Notes: a model not told the origin generated them from the letters alone. A stretch of DNA of 64,000 bases from Alphaproteobacteria bacterium (GCA_965205265.1 CBDBGH010000003.1:4544001-4608000), one strand, 5' to 3'. Counted from the stretch's first letter, positions 1 to 10,595 are shown. Numbers and translations: made by a program.

Positions 1-968
1 TGCAGGCCGGGGGCGATCCCGGCCGGTCGGCCGTCATCGCGGCCGAGCCGCTCGAGCGCGGCTTCGGCATCACGCTCGGCAACGCGCTTCGGCGGATCAT
101 GCTGTCCTCGCTGCAGGGCGCGGCCGTGACGCGGGTGCAGATCGACGGCGTGCTGCACGAATTCTCCTCGATTGCGGGCGTCCGGGAGGACGTCACCGAC
201 ATCGTCCTCAACATCAAGGGGCTGGCCCTGCGCAAGCATTCCGAGGGCCCGAGGCGGATGGTGCTGGACGCGACGGGACCGGGCGTGGTGACCGCCGGAC
301 GCATCCAGGCCGGCTCCGACATAGAGATCATGGACCCCGACCATGTCATCTGCACGCTCGACCGGGGCGCCAGCCTGCGCATGGAAATGACGGTCGAGAA
401 CGGCAAGGGCTATGTCCAGGCGGCAGACAACCGGCCCGAGGACGCGCCCATCGGCATGATTCCGGTGGACGCCATATACAGCCCGGTCCGCCAGGTGTCT
501 TACCGCATCGAGCAGACCCGCGTCGGCCAGGCCACGGACTATGACAAGCTGCTGCTCGACGTGCAGACGGACGGCTCCGTCTCGCCGGAGGACGCCGTCG
601 CCTTCGCCGCGCGCATCCTGCAGGACCAGCTGCAGTTGTTCGTGAATTTCGAAGACCTCCAGCAGTCGCAGCCGGAGGGCCGGGCCGTCGATCTGCCGTT
701 CAACCCGCATTTGCTGCGCAAGGTCGAGGAACTGGAACTGTCGGTCCGCTCGGCGAACTGCCTGAAGAACGACAACATCATCTATATCGGCGACCTGGTG
801 CAGAAGACCGAGAACGAAATGCTCCGCACGCCCAATTTCGGCAGGAAGTCGCTGAACGAGATCAAGGCGCTGCTGAAGCAGATGGAGCTGGACCTCGGGA
901 TGGAAGTGCAGAACTGGCCGCCGGACAATATCGAAGAGCTGGCCAAGCGGCTCGACGAGCCGTTCTGA
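1..968 (+). CDS. rpoA: DNA-directed RNA polymerase subunit alpha (5' end outside window)
   Basis: Frame is open upstream of 99 ([21 protein letters not shown]); motifs [15 protein letters not shown] and [13 protein letters not shown]...[13 protein letters not shown]; followed by rplQ. Confidence 0.98.
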   Translation, partial: QAGGDPGRSAVIAAEPLERGFGITLGNALRRIMLSSLQGAAVTRVQIDGVLHEFSSIAGVREDVTDIVLNIKGLALRKHSEGPRRMVLDATGPGVVTAGRIQAGSDIEIMDPDHVICTLDRGASLRMEMTVENGKGYVQAADNRPEDAPIGMIPVDAIYSPVRQVSYRIEQTRVGQATDYDKLLLDVQTDGSVSPEDAVAFAARILQDQLQLFVNFEDLQQSQPEGRAVDLPFNPHLLRKVEELELSVRSANCLKNDNIIYIGDLVQKTENEMLRTPNFGRKSLNEIKALLKQMELDLGMEVQNWPPDNIEELAKRLDEPF

Positions 969-984
969 GCGGGAGGGGCAAGCG

Positions 985-1413
985 ATGCGCCATCGCAAAC
1001 AGGGCCGGCGGCTCAACCGGAGCTGGGCTCACCGCAAGGCGATGTTCTCCAACATGGCGAACGCGCTCATCAAGCATGAGCAGATCCGCACCACCCTGCC
1101 GAAGGCCAAGGAGCTGCGCCCCGTAGTGGAAAGGCTGGTCACGCTGGCCAAGCGCGGCGACCTCCACGCGCGCCGGCAGGCCTTCGCCCGGCTCCGGGAC
1201 GACGCCATGGTCGCAAAGCTGTTCTCGACCCTGCGGGAGCGCTATGCGGACCGCCCCGGCGGTTATACGCGCGTGCTCAAGGCCGGCTTCCGCAAGGGCG
1301 ACATGGCGCCGATGGCGCTGATCGAATTCGTGGACCGGGACGTCGCCGCCAAGGGTCAGGACAGCGGTCCGACCCAGGAGCGCGAGGACGCCGCCTTGGA
1401 CGACGCCGCGTAG
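985..1413 (+). CDS. rplQ: 50S ribosomal protein L17
   Basis: [12 protein letters not shown]...[10 protein letters not shown]...[10 protein letters not shown]; follows rpoA. Confidence 0.98.
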   Translation: MRHRKQGRRLNRSWAHRKAMFSNMANALIKHEQIRTTLPKAKELRPVVERLVTLAKRGDLHARRQAFARLRDDAMVAKLFSTLRERYADRPGGYTRVLKAGFRKGDMAPMALIEFVDRDVAAKGQDSGPTQEREDAALDDAA

Positions 1414-1450
1414 CGCCCGGCCGGGCCGCGGCGCCGCCGTCCGGCCTCCC

Positions 1451-2326
1451 ATGCGCTCGCATTACGCTCGCGGCCTTGCGCTGACATTTGCCGGCGTCCT
1501 CGCCGTCACGCCCGATACATTGCTGGTGCGCCTGGTCGATGCCGACCCTTGGACCCTGGTGTTCTGGCGGGGGCTGGGCATTGCCGGCGCCCTTGCCGTT
1601 ATCGTCGGGGCGGTCGAGGGACGGGCGGGGCTGCGCAACATTTTCCGCTTCGGCCCGCGCCGGCTGCTGGGGGCCGCGCTTATGGTCGCGGTCAGCCACT
1701 GCTTCGTCTGGGCGCTGGCGCTCACCGCCGCGGCGAATGTGCTGGTGGTGCTTGCCGCCTCGCCGCTCGCCGCTGCGGTCATCGGGCGGCTCTTCCTGGG
1801 CGAGCCGGTGCCGGCCCGGACATGGGTGGCCGCCATTGCCGTGGCCGGCGGGGTCGCGGTCATTTTCGCGGACGACCTGGAGAGGGGGCGGCTTGCCGGC
1901 AATCTCTGCGCCGCCATAGCGACCGTCGCGCTCGCCGCCTATTTCGTGCTGCTGCGCTCGATCCGGGCGGCGAGCACGCTTCCGGTGCCCATCTGGGGCA
2001 ATCTGGCGGCGGCGCTTGTGGCGCTTCCCTTCGCCTCGCCCTTCGCAGTGTCGGAAACGGGGGTGCTCTGGCTGGTGCTCATGGCCGGCCTGCTGCTTCC
2101 GGCGGGGATCGGCCTCATCAGCACCGGGCCCCGCTACATTCCAGCTGCGGAGGTGGGTCTGCTGCTCCTGCTCGAAACCCTGCTCGGGCCGCTATGGGTG
2201 TGGCTCGGCACGGGCGAGGCGCCGACAAAGGCCGTGCTGGCGGCGGGCGCGGTGATCGTCGCGGCGCTCGCCATGAACTCCGCTCTTGGGCTACGCTCCG
2301 CCGCCCCGAGGGAGATGCCGCCATGA
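1451..2326 (+). CDS. DMT/EamA family transporter
   Basis: 291 aa, about 10 hydrophobic segments, two EamA-like halves (FLGEPV; LLETLLGPLWVWLGTGE). Confidence 0.85.
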   Translation: MRSHYARGLALTFAGVLAVTPDTLLVRLVDADPWTLVFWRGLGIAGALAVIVGAVEGRAGLRNIFRFGPRRLLGAALMVAVSHCFVWALALTAAANVLVVLAASPLAAAVIGRLFLGEPVPARTWVAAIAVAGGVAVIFADDLERGRLAGNLCAAIATVALAAYFVLLRSIRAASTLPVPIWGNLAAALVALPFASPFAVSETGVLWLVLMAGLLLPAGIGLISTGPRYIPAAEVGLLLLLETLLGPLWVWLGTGEAPTKAVLAAGAVIVAALAMNSALGLRSAAPREMPP

Positions 2327-3930
2327 CCCGCCCCGCCATGATCGTCGCCGCCCAGCCCGAGGCCGCGGAGGCCGGCGCCCGCGTGCTGCAGCGCGGCGGC
2401 AATGCCGTGGATGCGGCCATCGCCGCCGCCCTCGTGCAGGGCGTGGTCGATCCGCAGATGTGCGGCATAGCCGGCTTCGGCTCCTGTCATCTCTTCCTGC
2501 CGTCCCGGGGCGTTCATTGCTGCATCGACTTCCACGGAAAGACGCCGCTCGCCGCGCATCCGGCGATGTGGGAGGACCTGCTCGAAGGCGAGACGCGGGA
2601 CGGCTTCGGCTTCATCCTGAGGGGTCGCGTCAACGATCTCGGCTACCAGTCGATCGCCACGCCGGGCGCGCTCAAGGCCTATTTCGAGGCCGCAACGGAG
2701 TTCGGAAGCTGGGACTGGGCGGATATCTGCGCCCCTGCCGTGGCCCGGGCCCGCGAGGGCTTCACCGTGCGCCCGCATGTCGATTTCTGGTGGCGGCAGA
2801 CGGAGCAGCTCGGCCGCACCGCCAACCGGGAGCGCAATGCGTTCTCCGCTACGGGCCGGGCCGTCTATTTCCACGAGGACGGACGCCCGAAGGGCACGGG
2901 CGACCGGGTCGTCAATCCGGACCTCGCGCACACGCTGGAGCGCGTGGCCAGGAACGGCTCGGATATCTTCTACACCGGCGAGATCGCCGAGGAGATCGAC
3001 GCCGACATGCGCGCCAATGGCGGGCTGATGACGGCCGCCGACCTCGCCGCCTACCGCACGATCCGCACGGAGCCCATCTGGACGGGTTACCGGGGTCGGC
3101 GCGTCGCCTCCAACCGCCCGCCCGGCGGCGGCGTGCAGGTGTTGCAGATTCTGAACCAGCTCGAGCATTTCGACCTGGCCGCCATCGGGCACAACAGCAC
3201 GGAATATCTGCGCGTTGTCAGCGAGGCGATGAAACGGGCGACGCGCGACAAGGACGCCCATGTCGGCGACCCGGCCTTCTACGACGTGCCGCTGGACTGG
3301 CTGCTTTCCGGGGACTACGGCGCGGAACTCGCGGGCGAGATCGGGCGCGGCGAACAGGCGTCGGTCGCCCGGATTGCGCCGGAGCCGCCGGACACCACCC
3401 ATGTCGCGGTCGCGGACCGCGACGGCGGCATCGTCACCATGACCCACTCGCTCGGCATGCCGTCGGGCGTCATCACGCCGGGGCTGGGCTTCATGTATAA
3501 CGGCTGCATGGCGGTCTTCGATCCGCGCCCCGGCCGGGCCGGGTCCATCGCGCCCGGCAAGAGCCGGTTTTCCTCGCTCTGTCCGACAATCGTCTTCGAG
3601 GGCGACCGGCCCTGCCTCGCGCTCGGCGCGCCGGGCGGCACGCAGATCGCGATGGGCGTGACGCAGGCGATCCTGAATGTGCTCGACCACGGCATGACCA
3701 TGACCGAGGCGGTATCGGCGCCGCGTTTCTCCTCGACCTCGAACGCCATCGACATCTCGAACCGCATTCCGGGCTATGTCGTCGAGCCTCTGGAGCGGAT
3801 GGGCTATGAGATCGTCCGCAGCCCGCTCACCTTCGGCTTCGCGGCCGTCCATGGCATCAGGCTGCTGGCCGACGGCAGTCTCGACGGCGGGGCCGATCCG
3901 GGCCATGACGGCGTGGCGCTGCAGGTCTGA
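2323..3930 (+). CDS. ggt: Gamma-glutamyltransferase family protein
   Basis: ATG 2323 overlaps upstream stop (ATGA); GGNAVDAAIAAA, PQMCGIAGFG, catalytic DTTH, GAPGG. Confidence 0.9.
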   Translation: MTRPAMIVAAQPEAAEAGARVLQRGGNAVDAAIAAALVQGVVDPQMCGIAGFGSCHLFLPSRGVHCCIDFHGKTPLAAHPAMWEDLLEGETRDGFGFILRGRVNDLGYQSIATPGALKAYFEAATEFGSWDWADICAPAVARAREGFTVRPHVDFWWRQTEQLGRTANRERNAFSATGRAVYFHEDGRPKGTGDRVVNPDLAHTLERVARNGSDIFYTGEIAEEIDADMRANGGLMTAADLAAYRTIRTEPIWTGYRGRRVASNRPPGGGVQVLQILNQLEHFDLAAIGHNSTEYLRVVSEAMKRATRDKDAHVGDPAFYDVPLDWLLSGDYGAELAGEIGRGEQASVARIAPEPPDTTHVAVADRDGGIVTMTHSLGMPSGVITPGLGFMYNGCMAVFDPRPGRAGSIAPGKSRFSSLCPTIVFEGDRPCLALGAPGGTQIAMGVTQAILNVLDHGMTMTEAVSAPRFSSTSNAIDISNRIPGYVVEPLERMGYEIVRSPLTFGFAAVHGIRLLADGSLDGGADPGHDGVALQV

Positions 3931-3983
3931 CCCGGACGCCCTATACTGGCGTTGTTGCGGGACCTGCAGGAGAGGAGGGCGCC

Positions 3984-4889
3984 ATGTGCGGCATCGTCGG
4001 GCTGTATCTGAAGAACCCCGCCCTGGGCCCGCATCTGGGCCGCCTGTTCGCGCCGATGATGGGCGAGATGACCGAACGCGGCCCGGACAGCGCCGGTTTC
4101 GCGGTCTATCGCGAGGACGGCGGGAGGGAACGGGCGAAGGTCACCGTTTGCTCTTCCGTCCCCGGCTATGACTGGACCGGGCTCGCGGAGCGGGCCGGGC
4201 GCGAGCTCGGCGTCGAGGCGGCGGTCGAGCCGGCGTCGAACCATGCCGTTCTGAGCGCCGCCACCGACTCCGCCACCCTCCGCGACTGGGTCGAGGCTGG
4301 CCATCCCGAGCTCAGCGTCACGAGCTCCGGCGCGGCGCTCGAAATCTACAAGGATGTGGGCCTGCCGGCGGATGTCCTCGAACGCTTCGGGGTGAGCCAG
4401 ATGGCCGGCTCGCACATGATCGGCCACACCCGCATGGCGACCGAGAGCGCCGTGACGACCGAGGGCGCCCATCCCTTCAATACCGGCGACGACCTCTGCC
4501 TCGTGCATAACGGCTCGCTCTCCAACCACCACCGCCTGCGCGACTGGCTCCGGGACCGGCAGGGCGTGCGCTTCCGGACGGACAACGACACCGAGGTCGC
4601 CGCAGGCTACCTGACCTGGCGGATCGGCGAGGGCGCCAGCATCGCCGAGGCGCTGGAGGCCGGCATCCGGGACCTGGACGGCTTCTACACCTTCGCCGTC
4701 GGCACGAGGGACGGCTTCTCTGTGCTGCGCGACCCGATCGCCTGCAAGCCCGCCGTGATGGCCGAGAACGACGACTGGGTGGCGATGGCGTCCGAGTTCC
4801 GGGCGCTCGCCTGCCTGCCGGATGTCGAGGCCGCTTCCGTCTGGGAGCCGGAGCCGGGCAGGGTCTATAGCTGGGGCGGCGGCGCGTGA
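3984..4889 (+). CDS. glxB: Class II glutamine amidotransferase, N-methylglutamate synthase subunit A-like (MgsA)
   Basis: MCGIVG N-terminal nucleophile, RGPDSAG, GHTRMATES, HNGSLSN; good RBS; cluster context. Confidence 0.9.
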   Translation: MCGIVGLYLKNPALGPHLGRLFAPMMGEMTERGPDSAGFAVYREDGGRERAKVTVCSSVPGYDWTGLAERAGRELGVEAAVEPASNHAVLSAATDSATLRDWVEAGHPELSVTSSGAALEIYKDVGLPADVLERFGVSQMAGSHMIGHTRMATESAVTTEGAHPFNTGDDLCLVHNGSLSNHHRLRDWLRDRQGVRFRTDNDTEVAAGYLTWRIGEGASIAEALEAGIRDLDGFYTFAVGTRDGFSVLRDPIACKPAVMAENDDWVAMASEFRALACLPDVEAASVWEPEPGRVYSWGGGA

Positions 4890-5575
4890 CGGCGGAGACC
4901 ATAGACCTCGACGCGGCCGGCGTCCGGGCGCTGAACCGGCGCCTCCAGGGGCGCGAGGGGCCGGTGGCCGGCAGGCGTTTCGTCGTGACCAATGCCAAAG
5001 GGCGCCATGCGATCGCCGCCGGGCTGACGGAACGGATGGACGTCCGGATCCACGGCCATGTCGGCTATTACTGCGCGGGCATGAACCAACTTGCCGATGT
5101 GACGGTGGACGGCAATGCCGGCACCGGCGTCGCGGAGAACCTGATGTCGGGCGCCGTCCGGGTGACGGGCGACGCCAGCCAGTCGGCCGGTGCGAGCGGG
5201 CGCGGCGGCCTGCTCGTGATCGAGGGCAGCGCCAGCGCCCGCTGCGGCATAACGATGAAGGGCATCGACATCGTGGTGGGCGGTTCCATCGGGCATATGT
5301 CCGCCTTCATGGCGCAGGCCGGGCGGCTCGTGGTCTGCGGGGACGCGGGCGCCTATCTCGGCGACTCGATCTACGAAGCGGAGATTTTCGTCCGGGGCCG
5401 GGTGGAGAGCCTGGGCGCGGACTGCATCGAGAAGGAGCTGAGCGCGGAGGACGCAAGCGCGCTGGAGGCGCTGCTGGCGGAGGCCGGCATGGACGGCGAT
5501 GCGAGCGGGTTCCGCCGCTACGGCTCGGCGCGCCGGCTCTACAATTTCCGTATCGACAATGCGGCGGCCTATTAG
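4886..5575 (+). CDS. glxC: GXGXG beta-helix protein, N-methylglutamate synthase subunit B-like (MgsB)
   Basis: GYYCAGMN, GVAENLMSG, GDSIYE repeats of glutamate-synthase C-terminal type. Confidence 0.9.
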   Translation: MTAETIDLDAAGVRALNRRLQGREGPVAGRRFVVTNAKGRHAIAAGLTERMDVRIHGHVGYYCAGMNQLADVTVDGNAGTGVAENLMSGAVRVTGDASQSAGASGRGGLLVIEGSASARCGITMKGIDIVVGGSIGHMSAFMAQAGRLVVCGDAGAYLGDSIYEAEIFVRGRVESLGADCIEKELSAEDASALEALLAEAGMDGDASGFRRYGSARRLYNFRIDNAAAY

Positions 5576-5585
5576 GGAAGACATC

Positions 5586-6899
5586 ATGGCAGGCGATTAC
5601 CCGGAGCGGTCCTGGGCCACCTTCCCGCCGCATGTCATCTCGGAGATTCACCGCGCGGCGGACCAGGGCCTCTATTACATCCGCGGTGCGGGCGCGCGCC
5701 GGGCGCTGCCGACATTCGACGACCTGGTTTTCCTCGGCGCCTCCGTCTCGCGCTACCCGCTGGAGGGCTACCGGGAGCGCTGCGACACGAATGTGACCAT
5801 AGGCGCCCGCCATGCGTCGCGGCCGGTCGAGCTCAAGATCCCGATCACCATTGCCGGCATGAGCTTCGGCGCGCTCAGCGCCAATGCCAAGCGCGCGCTC
5901 GGCCTCGGCGCGAGCGCCATGGGCACCAGCACGACCACCGGCGACGGCGGCATGACGATGGAGGAGCGCGAGGCGTCGGAAACGCTCGTCTATCAGGTGC
6001 TGCCGTCCCGTTACGGCATGGACCCGGACCATCTGCGCCTCGCCGACGCGATAGAGGTCGTGGTCGGGCAGGGCGCCAAGCCCGGCGGCGGCGGGATGCT
6101 GCTCGGCCAGAAGGTGACCGAGCGGGTGGCGGAGATGCGTACCCTTCCGGCCGGCATCGACCAGCGCAGCGCCTGCCGGCATCCCGACTGGACGGGACCG
6201 GACGACCTCGCGATCAAGATCCTGGAACTGCGCGAGATCGTGAACTGGGAAAAGCCGGTCTATGTGAAGGTCGGCGCGACGCGGACCCAGTATGACGTGG
6301 CGCTCGCGGTGAAGGCCGGCGCGGACGCCGTTGTGGTGGACGGCATGCAGGGCGGCACGGCCGCCACCCAGGAAGTGTTCATCGAGGATGTCGGCATCCC
6401 GACGCTGCCCGCAGTCCGCCTCGCCGTGGAGGCGCTCAAGGAGCTCGGCGTCCACCGCGAGGTGCAGTTGATCGTGTCGGGCGGCATTCGCACGGGCTCC
6501 GATGTCGCCAAGGCGCTCGCGCTCGGCGCCGATGCCGTCTCCATCGGCATGGCCGCGCTGATGGCGCTCAATTGCAATGCCCCGCTCCATGTCGAGGACT
6601 ACGAAGCGCTCGGCACCCGGCCGGGGGCGTGCAATATGTGCCAGACGGGCCGCTGCCCCGTCGGGGTCGCGACCCAGGACCCGCTTCTGGAAGCGCGGCT
6701 CGACCCGGAAGAGGCCGGGCGGCGCGTGCGCAACTACCTGTCCACCCTTACCATGGAATGCCAGACCCTCGCGCGCGCCTGCGGCAAGAGCCATGTCCAC
6801 AATCTGGAGCCCGAGGACCTTGCCGCCCTCACTGTCGAAGCGGCGGCGATGGCGCAGGTGCCTCTGGCCGGCACCGACTGGATTCCGGGCCGGCGCTGA
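5586..6899 (+). CDS. glxD: FMN-binding glutamate synthase family, N-methylglutamate synthase subunit C-like (MgsC)
   Basis: AGMSFGALS, GQGAKPGGGG, CNMCQTGRCPVG Fe-S motif; ATG 5586 chosen. Confidence 0.9.
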   Translation: MAGDYPERSWATFPPHVISEIHRAADQGLYYIRGAGARRALPTFDDLVFLGASVSRYPLEGYRERCDTNVTIGARHASRPVELKIPITIAGMSFGALSANAKRALGLGASAMGTSTTTGDGGMTMEEREASETLVYQVLPSRYGMDPDHLRLADAIEVVVGQGAKPGGGGMLLGQKVTERVAEMRTLPAGIDQRSACRHPDWTGPDDLAIKILELREIVNWEKPVYVKVGATRTQYDVALAVKAGADAVVVDGMQGGTAATQEVFIEDVGIPTLPAVRLAVEALKELGVHREVQLIVSGGIRTGSDVAKALALGADAVSIGMAALMALNCNAPLHVEDYEALGTRPGACNMCQTGRCPVGVATQDPLLEARLDPEEAGRRVRNYLSTLTMECQTLARACGKSHVHNLEPEDLAALTVEAAAMAQVPLAGTDWIPGRR

Positions 6900-6932
6900 A
6901 AGCGCCCGCCCCTGCAGACCGAAAGGACGACC

Positions 6933-8237
6933 ATGACCGGCAAGCTGGAAGCCTTCGCGAAGGCGAACGACGTCAGGTATTTCCTGTTCAACTTCACCGA
7001 CATTCGCGGCATGCAGCGCTCAAAGCTGGTGCCGGCGGCCGCCGCGCCGGCGATGGAGGAGGCGGGCGCGGGGTTTGCGGGCTTCGCCACCTATCTGGAC
7101 ATGACGCCCGCCCATCCCGACATGCTGGCCGTACCCGATACCGCGAGCGTCATCCGCCTTCCTTGGCAGCCGGACGTGGCGTGGGTCGCCGGGGACCTCG
7201 TGATGGACGGCCGGCCGGTCGGGCAGGCGCCGCGCGTCGTGCTGAAGAACCTCGTCGCCAGGGCTGCGGCCGAGGGCTTCCGGATGAAGACCGGCGTCGA
7301 GGCTGAATACCACCTGATCGACGCCGACGGCGCCGGAATTTCGGACCCGCGCGATATCGACGCGAAGCCCTGCTACGACCAGCAGGCGCTGATGCGCCGC
7401 TACGATGTCGTCTCCGAGATCTGCGACGCCATGCTGGAGCTCGGCTGGGGGCCCTACCAGAACGACCATGAGGACGCCAACGGCCAGTTCGAGATGAACT
7501 GGGATTATGACGACGCGCTGGTGACGGCGGACCGGCACGCCTTCTTCAAATTCATGGTGAAGTCGATTGCCGAGAAGCACGGGCTGCGCGCGACCTTCAT
7601 GCCGAAGCCGTTCCTGAGCCTCACAGGCAACGGTTGCCACGCGCATGTGTCGGTGTGGGATACGGACGGGCGGACCAACCTGTTCCACGATCCGGACGGG
7701 GAGCTCGGCCTCTCGGAACTGGCCCTCAACTTCCTCGGCGGCGTGCTCCACCATGCCGAGGGGCTCTGCGCCATCACCAACCCCATCGTGAACTCCTACA
7801 AGCGTATCAACGCGCCGGTGACGGCCTCGGGTGCCACATGGTCGCCCAACACCGTGACCTGGACGGGCAACAACCGCACCCACATGGTGCGCATCCCCGA
7901 CGAGGGCCGCTTCGAGTTCCGGCTCGCCGACGGCGCGGCCAACCCCTATCTGCTGCAGGCGGCCTGCCTGGCGGCCGGCCTCGACGGAATCGCGAACAAG
8001 CGCGACCCGGGCAGGCGCAGCGACCTCGACATGTATGCCGAAGGCCACAGGCGCCGGGTCAGGCGGCTGCCGAACTACCTGCTCGATGCGGTCCGGGCGT
8101 TCGACCGGAATACGGTGCTGAAAGACGCGCTCGGGGCGGAGTTCTCGTCCGCCTATGTGAAGCTGAAGATGCAGGAATGGGACGCCTATTCCCGCCATCT
8201 GAGCGACTGGGAGCGGGAGACCTCGCTGGACATCTGA
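6933..8237 (+). CDS. glnT: Type III glutamine synthetase-like, gamma-glutamylmethylamide synthetase (GmaS)
   Basis: GAGFAGFA, KPCYDQQALMRRY, QNDHEDANGQFEMNW, SGATWSPN; adjacent to glxBCD. Confidence 0.9.
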   Translation: MTGKLEAFAKANDVRYFLFNFTDIRGMQRSKLVPAAAAPAMEEAGAGFAGFATYLDMTPAHPDMLAVPDTASVIRLPWQPDVAWVAGDLVMDGRPVGQAPRVVLKNLVARAAAEGFRMKTGVEAEYHLIDADGAGISDPRDIDAKPCYDQQALMRRYDVVSEICDAMLELGWGPYQNDHEDANGQFEMNWDYDDALVTADRHAFFKFMVKSIAEKHGLRATFMPKPFLSLTGNGCHAHVSVWDTDGRTNLFHDPDGELGLSELALNFLGGVLHHAEGLCAITNPIVNSYKRINAPVTASGATWSPNTVTWTGNNRTHMVRIPDEGRFEFRLADGAANPYLLQAACLAAGLDGIANKRDPGRRSDLDMYAEGHRRRVRRLPNYLLDAVRAFDRNTVLKDALGAEFSSAYVKLKMQEWDAYSRHLSDWERETSLDI

Positions 8238-8270
8238 ACCGGAGGTCCGCAGCAGATTCGGGGCAACGGC

Positions 8271-9020
8271 ATGGACCGGATGGAGCGCGAATACGGGCCC
8301 GGCGGCTGGGTCGGGGTGGGGGTGCCGCAGGCGAACCCGACGGTCGAGGCGGAGATGCGCCGGCTCATGCCTGCCGATGCGGAAATCCTGACCGCCCGCC
8401 TCGTGAGCCGCGCCCCGACTTCGGTGGAGCGGCTGGTTGACTACTATGACGGGCTGGACCGCACGCTGGACAGCTACGACGTGCTGCGGCTGGACGTGTT
8501 CGGCTTCGCCTGCACCGGGTCCTCCTATCTCGTCGGCGCGGAGCGGGAGGCGGAGTTCGTCGCCGAAGCGGAGGCGCGGCTCAGTTGCCCCTTCGTCACG
8601 GCCGCGCAGGCCATTCTGGATGCGTTGGCGGCGCTGGCCGTCGAGCGCGTCGCGCTGCTGGCGCCTTATCCGGCCGATATCGTCGAGGCGGGGGTCGCCT
8701 TCTGGCAGGCGGCGGGGCTGTCCATCGTCCAGGTCATGGCCATCGACCTCGGCTCGAAGGACACGCGCCGGATTTACGGGCTGCGAAGCGCCGACGCGCT
8801 CGCCGCGCTGGATGGCGGCGTATCCGGGCAAGCCGAGGCGCTGCTGATGAGCGGCACCGGCATGCCGACCCTGGCGGCTCTGGCGCCGGCTGCGGCGCAG
8901 CTTGGCAGGCCCGTGCTGTCGTCCAACTACTGCCTCGCCTGGGCGCTGCGCCGGGCGCTGGGCGAGGATGTCGGCCTCTGGTCGGCGGACGGTCCCGAAC
9001 TTCTCCGGGCTGCTCCCTGA
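8271..9020 (+). CDS. Asp/Glu racemase superfamily (maleate isomerase / arylmalonate decarboxylase-like)
   Basis: PQANPTVEAE, FACTGSS, LLAPY, SGTGMPT, PVLSSN. Confidence 0.8.
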   Translation: MDRMEREYGPGGWVGVGVPQANPTVEAEMRRLMPADAEILTARLVSRAPTSVERLVDYYDGLDRTLDSYDVLRLDVFGFACTGSSYLVGAEREAEFVAEAEARLSCPFVTAAQAILDALAALAVERVALLAPYPADIVEAGVAFWQAAGLSIVQVMAIDLGSKDTRRIYGLRSADALAALDGGVSGQAEALLMSGTGMPTLAALAPAAAQLGRPVLSSNYCLAWALRRALGEDVGLWSADGPELLRAAP

Positions 9021-9221
9021 TGCGCCGCTAGACCCGGTCGCCTTGCGGGGCAGTCGGCTGCGGGAGCGCGGCATGGCCGGGCAGGCGGGCGCACTGCGAA
9101 CAAGCCGGAACGGGATGTGCATCCGGTAGCCGCCCTGCGGGAGGGGGGCAGGCAGGCAGGACGGAGGGCCGCGCGAAGCGCGGAAGACGGTTCCCGCCAA
9201 TTCGGGTGCAGCCGCCTTCCC

Positions 9222-10538
9222 TCAGAACAGCGCGCCGTAGGTGTCCAGAATATCCTCGAAGGCCGCCGTCAGGCCGTCGAATTCCTCCGGGCCCATGGGG
9301 AGCGAGAGAACCATCATGCCGCGGCGCGAGACATAATGGGCGCGGGCCATCATCTCCAGGTGGAAGAGGGCGCGGGCTTCCTTCGGCGCGGCGTCGGTGT
9401 CCTTCGGGCCGGTGAGCTCGGCGTCGGTCGGGTGGAACATCATCATCGAGCCGCAGCCGGTCACCTGCGCGGGCAGGTTGCGGGCCTCGATGGCGCCGTT
9501 GAGGCGCTGGCGCAGCAGGTCCCCCTCGGCGTTGATCTCCACCGCTGCCTGCTCGGTGAACACCTCGCTCATCCCCGCAATCGCAGCCTGCATGGTCAGC
9601 ACATTGTTGTTGAAGGTGCCGGCATGGCCGAAATGCCCGGCCTCGCGCGGGTCGAAGCGCGACATCACCTCCGCCTTGCCGCCGAACGCGCCGAAAGTGA
9701 GCCCGCCGCCGATATACTTGCCGAAGGACGTCATGTCCGGCGTGATGCCATGCACCTTCTGCAGGCCGCTGGGGCCGAGCCGCGAGGTCATCACCTCGTC
9801 GAATTGCAGCAGGATGCCGTGCTCGTCGGCCGCGTCGCGCAGCATTTGCAGGAATTCGGGCTCGGCCGGGATGCAGCCGCCGCTGCCGGTCATCGGCTCG
9901 ATGATGATGGCGGCCAGATTGTCCCTGTTCTCCTCGATGAGCGCGCGCGCGCCTTCCATGTCGTTGTAGCGCCCCATCACCCACTCGAACGGCACGTTCA
10001 TCCGGTTCCCGTAGGCGCCGAAGGAAAGCACGCTGCCGTGGTAGCTGCCCTCGAAGGCGAGAATGGCGGTGCGCCCGGTGAAGGCGCGCGCCGCGGAGAG
10101 CGCCATCAGGTTCGCCTCGGTGCCGGAATTGGTGAAGCGCACCATGTCGAGCGAGGGGAAGCGCTCGCACATGATCTCCGCGAGCCGGCCCTCGCGCGGG
10201 GTCGGGCCGCCGAGCGTGATGCCCTGGGCGAGCGCGGAGGAGATCGCGCGCTGGATCGCCGGCTCCGAGTGGCCGTAAATGCCGGCGGTCTGCTCGACGA
10301 CGAAATCCGCATAGCGATGGCCGTCGGCATCCTCGACATAGCAGCCGTCGCCGCGCGCGAGCGAGACCGGGAAGGGCGGGTAGTAGAGCACGGTGCGGGT
10401 GTTGCCGCCCGGCATGGCGCGGCAGGCCTGTTCATAGAGGCCGGCGCTGGTCGGGTTGGCCTCGGCGAAGCGGGCCTCGGCATCCTCCAGGGCGGCGGCG
10501 AGGTCGAAATTCGTGCGGTCGGCGGGTGTGTCCGGCAT
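9222..10538 (-). CDS. Class III PLP aminotransferase (GSA aminomutase-like / beta-transaminase-like)
   Basis: MPGGNTR, RFTNSGTEAN, FDEVMTSR, FGKYIGGG, HAGTFNNN. Confidence 0.88.
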   Translation of the reverse strand: MPDTPADRTNFDLAAALEDAEARFAEANPTSAGLYEQACRAMPGGNTRTVLYYPPFPVSLARGDGCYVEDADGHRYADFVVEQTAGIYGHSEPAIQRAISSALAQGITLGGPTPREGRLAEIMCERFPSLDMVRFTNSGTEANLMALSAARAFTGRTAILAFEGSYHGSVLSFGAYGNRMNVPFEWVMGRYNDMEGARALIEENRDNLAAIIIEPMTGSGGCIPAEPEFLQMLRDAADEHGILLQFDEVMTSRLGPSGLQKVHGITPDMTSFGKYIGGGLTFGAFGGKAEVMSRFDPREAGHFGHAGTFNNNVLTMQAAIAGMSEVFTEQAAVEINAEGDLLRQRLNGAIEARNLPAQVTGCGSMMMFHPTDAELTGPKDTDAAPKEARALFHLEMMARAHYVSRRGMMVLSLPMGPEEFDGLTAAFEDILDTYGALF

Positions 10539-10595
10539 GGGCGTGTCTCCGGGAATGGCTGCCGCGGCGGGGCGCATTCAACCCCGTTCGCCGCC

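Noticed and set aside
1549-2322. Long N-terminal extensions on ggt and similarly on dacB, tauD, obgE, proB and rplU ORFs
   Set aside because: They overlap upstream genes in another frame; internal starts with RBS or stop-start overlap fit family lengths better.
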